Positions 49,920 through 57,352 of a stretch of DNA of 64,000 bases are shown here, one piece after another; positions within the stretch are counted from its first letter, which is position 1; each line of letters begins with the position of its first letter. The notes under the pieces are model-generated. The model had not been told where the DNA came from, searched no databases, and worked only from the letters and a program-made list of their open reading frames with translations. Source of the DNA: a virus. Location of the stretch: the IMG/VR virus record IMGVR_UViG_3300042975_000098. One strand, written 5' to 3'. The position numbers and the translations under genes were made by a program.

Positions 49920-51455
49920 ATGACATCAGGAAAGGCGAAGGCCCTTTTCATCGGGAACCATGACACATGGTCGGCTCTTCAGAAGACCATGCGCCCCGAA
50001 TGGGATTGGCAGCAGCCGATCGACAATGTATCCGTCTTCGCCTCATGGTTGCGCGGCGAGGACGTCAAGATGCCGTTCGAGATCAGCGAGGACACGTCGA
50101 TCATAGTCATCTCGACCGAGTTCTACAAGGCCGGACTCAACCCGAAGCCGCAGTACGCCAAGCTCCGTGATGACTTCCTCGCCGCGGTCGCGTACTCGTC
50201 CAGTGAGACGATGTGCATGGTTCTTAACTACTGGCCTGAGCTGCAGAAGCGCATCCAGCAGGATATCGTCATGTGGGGGCAGGACCACCGGTCCGAGGAC
50301 GTCACCATCGGTAAGTACTACTGGGTGCAGTCCTCACGACCTAACGCCTACATCGACAGGGCCATAACCGAGTACCTGTCGGACCCGGAATCGGACCCCA
50401 CGGCCAAGATGATCGTCGCCGAGAGCGAAGGGCTCCAGCTTCCCTCGGCCACGCCGGAGACGAAGACGGCCGAGGTCGAACCGGCGCCCGGCGAGTTCTC
50501 GGATTACATGACCGAGGACACAGATTCCAAGCCGTTCACGAACTCGTTCGGGCGGAACGCGCTGATCGTCGCGAGCACCTCCACCAAGGGCGGGGTCGGC
50601 AAGACCACCATGGCGATGCTGACGGGAACGTGGTTCGTCCGGTCGAGCGACCTCGCCGTGAGGAACGGTTCGCTCAAACAGCCTCTCAAGGTGTGCATCG
50701 TAGATCTGGACATGAAGGACACGCAGATAGCGACCATGCTCAACCTCACCGCGCAGTCCGCTAAGAAGAACGTCATGCGCATCATCGGGTCGCCCGTGTT
50801 CACCGATAAGACGGTCGCCGACAACCTCGTGTACGACAAGCGCATGAAGTGCTGGTTCCTCCTCGGACCCAAGCAGGCGTCCAACGCCGCGGCGATCAAA
50901 CCGTCCAAGTACGCCCAGATATTCGGCGTGCTCCAGCGCATGTTCGACATCGTCATCATGGATACGTCAGCGGCCCCCATGGGGGTGAAGCTGTTCTCCG
51001 ATGTCGTCTACCCGATGGCGAATGAGATCATGTTCATCACTTCGCTGGACAGGCGTTCGGTGGTCGGCATGTCCAAGTGGATCATAGCCGAGGGAAGCCC
51101 GAAGGAGCATGGAGGCAACGGCATCGCCCTTGATAAGATGAAGATCGTCATCAACGTCAACAACGGCAGCGATGTGGAGATGAGCGCCGAGGAGATCCAG
51201 AACTCCATCAAGTTCCCGCTGGTGACCGTGTACGGCAAGTTCCCCACGAAGATGGCCGAGGAGGAATGGAAGAAGCCGCAGCTTGTAGGGGTGGTGAAGT
51301 ACATGGGTTCCACGATCACGAAATGGTCCAACCTCCAGGAGATGCCGATGGCGCTGAACACGCCGACGCTGGAGCGTTCGATCTCCAACATATGCCGGTC
51401 ACTCGTCCCGAAGTCACTCGCGGACATTCTGCCGAACATCGAGAAGGTCGAGTAG
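49920..51455 (+). CDS. CpaE/TadZ-like ParA/MinD family ATPase
   Basis: STKGGVGKTT, VCIVDLD, FDIVIMDT; follows cpaB; GATATT at 49861 and TATACT at 49883 upstream. Confidence 0.8.
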   Translation: MTSGKAKALFIGNHDTWSALQKTMRPEWDWQQPIDNVSVFASWLRGEDVKMPFEISEDTSIIVISTEFYKAGLNPKPQYAKLRDDFLAAVAYSSSETMCMVLNYWPELQKRIQQDIVMWGQDHRSEDVTIGKYYWVQSSRPNAYIDRAITEYLSDPESDPTAKMIVAESEGLQLPSATPETKTAEVEPAPGEFSDYMTEDTDSKPFTNSFGRNALIVASTSTKGGVGKTTMAMLTGTWFVRSSDLAVRNGSLKQPLKVCIVDLDMKDTQIATMLNLTAQSAKKNVMRIIGSPVFTDKTVADNLVYDKRMKCWFLLGPKQASNAAAIKPSKYAQIFGVLQRMFDIVIMDTSAAPMGVKLFSDVVYPMANEIMFITSLDRRSVVGMSKWIIAEGSPKEHGGNGIALDKMKIVINVNNGSDVEMSAEEIQNSIKFPLVTVYGKFPTKMAEEEWKKPQLVGVVKYMGSTITKWSNLQEMPMALNTPTLERSISNICRSLVPKSLADILPNIEKVE

Positions 51456-51510
51456 CCGACGACGCGCGCACGAGTGCGTATCGAAGAGCAGCGGGGAGAG
51501 GAACTCGTAC

Positions 51511-52296
51511 ATGATTGATCTTATGGACATCGAGAGCACCGATGTCGTCGACGAACGGCGCGCCCGGATAGTCCATGACGCCATCGCCAAGGGCAAACGT
51601 CATTTCGGTGTGGCCGGCGCATCCCTCACATGGATGAACTCGCCCAAGCAGAAGGAGATGCTGCCCGAGGGATGGAAGCCCAAGATACTCGAGGAGGCCA
51701 TGCTCGCCGAGCAGAGGACGTCGGACACGCTGCGTGACTGGATCAAGGACAAGCCATCCGCCGTGCTCATCGACAGCACGCACATCCGCGGACTCGGCAA
51801 GGAGCGCATCGACAAGGACACCGGTCTCATCGAGGGCGGCGACACCGATCACGTGCTCATCATCGGCGGGGCTATCTTCATCATCGACACGAAGAACTGG
51901 CGCAAGAAGGCGACGTACACGGTCAGTGACAAGGGCGCGGTTCTCAGGAACTCCAAGACGTTCCCGGGAGGGCGGGTCCATATCGAACGAGCGGTCCACA
52001 TGTGGCTCGATTACGTCGACCCGATCATCGATGACGTGTCCATCAAAGGCGCCATATACATCAACAACGACGATGACGAGACCACCAGGGTGTTCCGCGG
52101 CCCGACATGGTACAAGCATCACTGGTTCCTTCTCGAACACTCACGGTTCATCAAGTGGATGGACGAGAGCTACGCCGCGCTCAGCGACACGGACAGGAAC
52201 ACCATCGACCCGACCATGATCGCCGAAGTGGCGCAGTGCTGCGTGAAGCCATACAACCGCCGCGACGGGCTCATCAACACGAAGGCGCTCCGCTGA
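51511..52296 (+). CDS. NERD-like nuclease
   Basis: DTDHVLIIGGAIFIIDTKNW. Confidence 0.75.
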   Translation: MIDLMDIESTDVVDERRARIVHDAIAKGKRHFGVAGASLTWMNSPKQKEMLPEGWKPKILEEAMLAEQRTSDTLRDWIKDKPSAVLIDSTHIRGLGKERIDKDTGLIEGGDTDHVLIIGGAIFIIDTKNWRKKATYTVSDKGAVLRNSKTFPGGRVHIERAVHMWLDYVDPIIDDVSIKGAIYINNDDDETTRVFRGPTWYKHHWFLLEHSRFIKWMDESYAALSDTDRNTIDPTMIAEVAQCCVKPYNRRDGLINTKALR

Positions 52297-52336
52297 CGTT
52301 CGCCGACCAACCCGTCGATCGCGCATATTGATCAGC

Positions 52337-52370
52337 AGGCGACCCCGTTCCATGGAACGGGGTCGCCTTT
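52337..52370 (+). terminator. Perfect 32-bp palindrome plus short T run
   Basis: aggcgaccccgttcca/tggaacggggtcgcct then tt. Confidence 0.7.
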
Positions 52371-52459
52371 CCATAAGCATCGCCGCCGGCGCGTCGATGC
52401 CATGGCCAAGAGTACCATGTGAACCATAAGATCATTCCACACGAGGAAAGCGGGATTCC

Positions 52460-53179
52460 ATGTACGACGCGAACGGCCAGCACGCGATGATCACCAAGGC
52501 GGAGGCGCGCGCGGTTTTGAAAATCGTCGGCGACACGACAGCGGACAGGATCGCCAAAGGCAAGACCATAAACCCGACGTTCCACTCGATCATGCCGTTC
52601 GCCAGCGACGAACGACGCCCGTCGGATGGCATACCCGACACCACGGAGCCATACGGGTATGCCTACATCACGAACCGATTCGCCATCGTTCGCTGGCGAA
52701 TCGATATCGACGCGGCTCGCCGACATCTCGCCGACGGGGAGACCATCAGCGAGCAGGCGCTCTCCGCCGCGATCAAGGTCATGCGAAGCTCCGAGCGACT
52801 CAATCTCAATGATGATGCGCTGTGGTCGGCGGGCGAGGGGTTCGACAGGGAGATACCACGCTCCGTCGACCTGAGCTTCGAGCACATCGCCGGGTCGGCG
52901 AGCGCGACCGCAGACGACCGTCAACACATGTACGCGCTTCGCTTCCCCGGTGATGATGGCTCCGGGCTGAGCAAGCACGCCGACGATGGTCATGACCGGT
53001 TCGACGTGAACACGATCATGATGTCGAAAGCAGGCGCCGCCATCGAGCCGCGGGCGCGCGTCCACGCATCGCTGATCACGATGAAAGGCGGCATGACCGC
53101 CATTCGACTCGACCCCTATGAGCGCCATGACGGCGTCGAGGTGGAGGCGTTGCTGCTTGGCATGACCCCACATCGGTGA
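52460..53179 (+). CDS. Hypothetical protein
   Basis: 239 aa ORF between the terminator and repeat copy 3. Confidence 0.55.
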   Translation: MYDANGQHAMITKAEARAVLKIVGDTTADRIAKGKTINPTFHSIMPFASDERRPSDGIPDTTEPYGYAYITNRFAIVRWRIDIDAARRHLADGETISEQALSAAIKVMRSSERLNLNDDALWSAGEGFDREIPRSVDLSFEHIAGSASATADDRQHMYALRFPGDDGSGLSKHADDGHDRFDVNTIMMSKAGAAIEPRARVHASLITMKGGMTAIRLDPYERHDGVEVEALLLGMTPHR

Positions 53180-53202
53180 TATCGCCATCGGCAACGGCCG
53201 TT

Positions 53203-53331
53203 TACGTCGATTACGCTCATACGATAAGCAAACGCTTGCCGTGTGAGCGTATTTTTTATGCGACGTCGGGAAAACGCCGTTTTCGATGCCACGGTCACAA
53301 AACCGCGTTTCCGTGTTCTACGTGGCTTACA
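53203..53331 (+). repeat. 129-bp dispersed intergenic repeat, copy 3 (core inverted)
   Basis: 53220-53243 is the exact reverse complement of 41466-41489 while the flanks are co-oriented. Confidence 0.9.
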
Positions 53332-53349
53332 GCACGCGCCGGCGCCGAA

Positions 53350-53356
53350 CGATATT
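53350..53356 (+). promoter_or_regulatory. YGATATT-N8-ATG motif (FtsK C-fragment)
   Basis: GATATT at 53351-53356, ATG 53365. Confidence 0.75.
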
Positions 53357-53364
53357 GACCGGTC

Positions 53365-53499
53365 ATGACAGACGGCATGGAGACATTCACCCTTGAGGAC
53401 ATCCACGAGATCGACGCCGATGACGATCTCGTGTGCATCAGCGTCGACTCGCCCGGGCACGAGTTCCTGATAGGCGACACGCTCGTCCCCACGCACAAC
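53365..53499 (+). mobile_element. Split intein C-fragment, class 3 type (45 aa)
   Basis: Block F LVCISVDSPGHEFLIG with Cys, block G VPTHN with Thr-His-Asn, +1 Ser. Confidence 0.88.
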
Positions 53500-54315
53500 A
53501 GCGATGACACCGCCGATCTGAAATCCGAGGCGCAGTCGATCGTCGGCTCGATCGCCCGACTCGGGCGAGCGGCCGGCGTGTTCCTCACGCTGGCCACGCA
53601 GCGCCCTGATGCGAAGATGCTCCCCGGCGAGACCAAGGCCAACCTCGGAGCGCGCATCGCCTGCGGGCAGATGAACGCGACCGCCAGCGACATGGTTCTC
53701 GGCAGCGGCAGCGCCGTGTCGACGCCTGGGCATCCGAAGGGCCGAGGCATATACAGCGACTACGGGGCCGAGGAGAAGATGCAGATATACTTCGCCAACG
53801 AAACGTGGATCGATCAGTGGCTCAAGGACCACAACATGAACCCGGACGGCTCGCCATTGTCATCGGGCCCGGCGTCGCTGCTCCCGGACGAGGAGGACAT
53901 CGCACGCCTGCGCGGCACGCACCTCGACGAGATGGAGGGCGTCGACAACAGCGAGTACAAGGCCGAGTTGAAGAAGAAGGACGCCGAGGTACGCGCCGAG
54001 CACGCCCGCAGACTGGCCGAACTGAACGGCGAACCAGTCGACGACGATGACATCGATGACGGCATATCGGACGATGACGCCGTTGACGGCGACGTCGAAG
54101 ACGCCGCGGCGCCGATGCCGAGCGAGCCAGAACTTCCGCCGATGGTCGACGGGATGAAGCGTCCGAACCTCACGGGCGGCGATGGCAAGAAGACGGAGAA
54201 CCCGTTGGACGAGTGGGATGACACCATGGGCGAACTCTACGCGCCGGCCGACGCCGAGGGCGACGACCTCATCACCACGGGCGACGATGAGGATGAGGAT
54301 GAGGATGACGACTGA
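53365..54315 (+). CDS. Split-intein C-part fused to FtsK/SpoIIIE C-terminal fragment
   Basis: ..VPTHN|S, then IARLGRAAGVFLTLATQRPDA, GETKANL, KGRG; no Walker A or B; acidic tail. Confidence 0.85.
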   Translation: MTDGMETFTLEDIHEIDADDDLVCISVDSPGHEFLIGDTLVPTHNSDDTADLKSEAQSIVGSIARLGRAAGVFLTLATQRPDAKMLPGETKANLGARIACGQMNATASDMVLGSGSAVSTPGHPKGRGIYSDYGAEEKMQIYFANETWIDQWLKDHNMNPDGSPLSSGPASLLPDEEDIARLRGTHLDEMEGVDNSEYKAELKKKDAEVRAEHARRLAELNGEPVDDDDIDDGISDDDAVDGDVEDAAAPMPSEPELPPMVDGMKRPNLTGGDGKKTENPLDEWDDTMGELYAPADAEGDDLITTGDDEDEDEDDD

Positions 54316-54357
54316 CGTTAGATTCACCTTACACGAGGCCGCAGGGAATCGGAGGAC

Positions 54358-54558
54358 ATGATGGGAACGATCTGGAAGATCATAGGCACGATAGTGGGAC
54401 TCGGCGTGCTCATGGCCGTGCTCACCATGTTCGGCATGAACCCGTTCGCCGTGCTCATCTGGGTGGGCAAGTGGTTCTACTGGGCCGTCAAATCGGTGGC
54501 TGACGCCCTGTTGGGCAGTCAATCTTTCCGCGATGCCATGACCACCCGGCCGATATGA
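54358..54558 (+). CDS. Small hydrophobic membrane protein
   Basis: SD GGAGG; two hydrophobic segments in 66 aa. Confidence 0.65.
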   Translation: MMGTIWKIIGTIVGLGVLMAVLTMFGMNPFAVLIWVGKWFYWAVKSVADALLGSQSFRDAMTTRPI

Positions 54559-54583
54559 TGACGCGCAACGGTATGATGACGGC

Positions 54584-54976
54584 ATGACGACAAGCAGAGA
54601 CAACCCATGGCACGACGCGTTCATACTCCTGGAATGGAACGTCACGGATGACGATGGGCGGCCGAGAACCACGATGATGCCCATCGTGGGGCTCACGCCG
54701 CTCATCATGACGAGAATCATCAACACGAACGGCGACGCATGGTCGCGCCTCGCCGGCTCCGGCGTCCGCATCATGCCGCCGATCGATCTCGGCGCGCTGA
54801 CGGACGGCGAACGCTGGCGCGATTACCACGAGAACGCCGAGCGCGACAAGGTGTCCATGCTGACGTCCGCCGACCTTCGCATGGCCAGCATCGTCGGCGG
54901 CATCGATGGCGATCTGCGGACGTTCGGCATGCCACGGCCGGACGACCGCGTGCTAGCCGACCTCACACGCCGATGA
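54584..54976 (+). CDS. Hypothetical protein
   Basis: GGTATGAT with 6 nt before ATG. Confidence 0.6.
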   Translation: MTTSRDNPWHDAFILLEWNVTDDDGRPRTTMMPIVGLTPLIMTRIINTNGDAWSRLAGSGVRIMPPIDLGALTDGERWRDYHENAERDKVSMLTSADLRMASIVGGIDGDLRTFGMPRPDDRVLADLTRR

Positions 54977-55068
54977 CGTTCGCCCACGACACGCCGGCGA
55001 ACCCGCATGACACCGGCGATTTCGGCCCGATCCGGTACGGGCGATAGATACCACAAGCAGTATTGATA

Positions 55069-55116
55069 ACACTATATACAGGGTCTTCGAACGATTCCGG
55101 ACGGAACATCTGGTGA
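55069..55116 (+). promoter_or_regulatory. Tandem NrdR-box-like sites
   Basis: acactatatacagggt (55069) and acggaacatctggtga (55101), 32 bp apart, resemble acaCwAtATaTwGtgt. Confidence 0.6.
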
Positions 55117-55161
55117 TATTCGACGAGACGCACATATAAGGTCAGGAATGAGAGAAACACT

Positions 55162-55245
55162 ATGGGAACGATGGTAGCAAGCAGGGGAAACGAAGTGCTA
55201 GCGCACGGCGGCGATGACGTCGCGAAACCGCTTGCAACCCGTTAG
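55162..55245 (+). pseudogene. Probable remnant of the original nrdD 5' end
   Basis: MGTMVASRGNEVLAHGGDDVAKPL vs NrdD MTVSTVSTMEATAASSENSDDVARPL; both have gagagaaa upstream. Confidence 0.55.
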
Positions 55246-55282
55246 GAACCGTGACCTCCAATCATGATCGGGGAATAGCAGA

Positions 55283-57244
55283 ATGGCATCGGTAGCATCA
55301 TATAAGGCCATGGCCGAGGATAATCTCGCCTATGGTAAGGCGCCGCGGTTCAGCGCGATGCGCAAGCATGCCCAACCGTTGTCGGAGCGCGCGCCTGGCG
55401 TCATCGATGAGTGGATGCTCGTGAACGGGGTCGACCCCAGTCTGGTCGGCTCCATGGACCACACGAAGGCATGGTGGAAGTGCAGAACATGCGGCGGCGA
55501 GTGGCGTGCGGCCGTGTACTCGCGGGCAATGGGATCGGGCTGCCCTTACTGCTCCGGACGCCGTGTAAGCGCCGGTTTGAATGACCTTGCAACGGTTGAC
55601 CCCGAACTTGCAGGGCAGTGGGATTACGAGCGGAATGGAAACGTCAAGCCACAGGATGTGGGAATCGGCTCGAAACGTATGACGTGGTGGATAGTGGATG
55701 GAGTTCATGTAAGGAAGAGCGTGGCGTACATGCACGGACTTAAGAAGAAGCCCGTCGAGGTGCGCATGATCTCGGAGAGCATAGCAGCCAGCCGACCTGA
55801 CCTCATGAGCGAATGGGACAGCCGTAACACGGCGAACCCGCAGGTCGTCAGCGTGTATTCCAACGCGGCGGCATGGTGGCATTGCGAGAACGGGCACGTA
55901 TGGAAGGCGCGAATCGCCAACAGAGCCAACGGAAGCGGCTGCCCCTACTGCTCATGGCGTCGTGCTATCACCGGGGTCAACGATCTTCGCACAAAAAGAC
56001 CCGACGTCATGGAGTCATGGTCGGATGACAACACCTTGGACCCGGGAAAAGTGACGCCAGGGTCCAATCGTAAGGCGACATGGGTATGTCCAAAAGGACA
56101 TGATTATGAGATGACCATCGTAAACAGGTGTGGACATGGCAACCACTGCCCGGTTTGCAATGGTTCGAAGCTGCTCAAGGGCTATAACGATCTGGCTACG
56201 GTAAGGCACGATGCCGCGCGCCTATGGGCTGACGATCTGAATGGAGGAGTTCACCCATGTGATGTTCAATCGCAATCACACCGCGTGTTCTGGTGGAGAT
56301 GTGACAGAGGGCATGAATGGCGGGACATGGTGAATGGACCGCTGGTCTGCCCGGAGTGCTGGGCCGACAATCGGAGCGCGGGTGAAACCGAACTCTATGA
56401 TGCGATCGTCAACATGCTTCCGGTCGCCATGAGGGGCGAGGTCATAAGGAACAATCGCACGGTGCTTGCGGGGCGGGAACTGGATGTGTACATACCATCC
56501 ATGAGACTGGCCTTCGAATACAACGGTGTGTACTGGCACGATGAGGAGCATCATGACCGCCACTATCACGAGGACAAGTGGCGTGACTGTAAACATGTCG
56601 GCGTAACGCTGATGCAGATATGGGAGGATGACTGGATGAATCGGCGGGGTATCATCATGGACCACATTCAGGTGTTGCTTCATCAAGCGAACGATAACGC
56701 TCGCATAGGCGCTCGACAATGCTCCGTCGCTGACGTGTCCGCGCACGATGTCGGTGCGTTCATGGATCGGTATCACATTCAAGGGCGCGTGGGAGGTTCC
56801 ATACGCAAAGCGCTCATGCATGATGGCGTTATGGTCGCCGCCATCATATGCAGTAGACGGAATGCGAGCACCATGGTCATCGAACGGTACGCGACTCAAT
56901 CACACACGCTTGTCCAAGGAGGGTTCACGAAACTGCTGACCAGTATTCTCAGGGAGAACACCAACATCGACACCGTGCTGACATTCTCCGATCACTCCCT
57001 GTCCGATGGCCACTTGTACTCAAGGAACGGGTTCACGGACGACGGGATGATTCCGGCGGACTACTCGTATGTGATTCACGGGAACAGGGCGCATAAGTTC
57101 GGGTACAGGTTGTCGAGGTTCAAATCGGATCCCGCATTAAAGTACGTGAGCGGATGCTCCGAGAAGGAGTTGGCTCGTATGAACGGAATTCACTGGATCT
57201 GGGATGCCGGGAAGACCAGATGGCTTCTCAAAGTGAAAAGGTGA
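55283..57244 (+). CDS. Free-standing homing endonuclease-like protein: zinc-ribbon (DUF4379-like) repeats, Vsr/PD-(D/E)XK-like nuclease, Hef-like C-terminal domain
   Basis: Repeated WWKC..GH.W..GCPYC, RELDVYIP..LAFEYNGVYWH, IWEDDW, YHIQG..GGFTKLL..SD..G.LY..GF..WDAGK; less GC-biased codons. Confidence 0.75.
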   Translation: MASVASYKAMAEDNLAYGKAPRFSAMRKHAQPLSERAPGVIDEWMLVNGVDPSLVGSMDHTKAWWKCRTCGGEWRAAVYSRAMGSGCPYCSGRRVSAGLNDLATVDPELAGQWDYERNGNVKPQDVGIGSKRMTWWIVDGVHVRKSVAYMHGLKKKPVEVRMISESIAASRPDLMSEWDSRNTANPQVVSVYSNAAAWWHCENGHVWKARIANRANGSGCPYCSWRRAITGVNDLRTKRPDVMESWSDDNTLDPGKVTPGSNRKATWVCPKGHDYEMTIVNRCGHGNHCPVCNGSKLLKGYNDLATVRHDAARLWADDLNGGVHPCDVQSQSHRVFWWRCDRGHEWRDMVNGPLVCPECWADNRSAGETELYDAIVNMLPVAMRGEVIRNNRTVLAGRELDVYIPSMRLAFEYNGVYWHDEEHHDRHYHEDKWRDCKHVGVTLMQIWEDDWMNRRGIIMDHIQVLLHQANDNARIGARQCSVADVSAHDVGAFMDRYHIQGRVGGSIRKALMHDGVMVAAIICSRRNASTMVIERYATQSHTLVQGGFTKLLTSILRENTNIDTVLTFSDHSLSDGHLYSRNGFTDDGMIPADYSYVIHGNRAHKFGYRLSRFKSDPALKYVSGCSEKELARMNGIHWIWDAGKTRWLLKVKR

Positions 57245-57352
57245 TTCCACGCCAAAGTCACGATGGGTTCCACGCATAATGTGGATCACCTATAAAGAGT
57301 TTTATCATAAGTAATATGTTGGCGCAACGCCGACGGGTAGGTAGGAGAGAAA

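Noticed and set aside
48615-53499. The two intein fragments splicing directly to each other
   Set aside because: Together they are only about 64 aa, lack block B, and the product would lack Walker A and B
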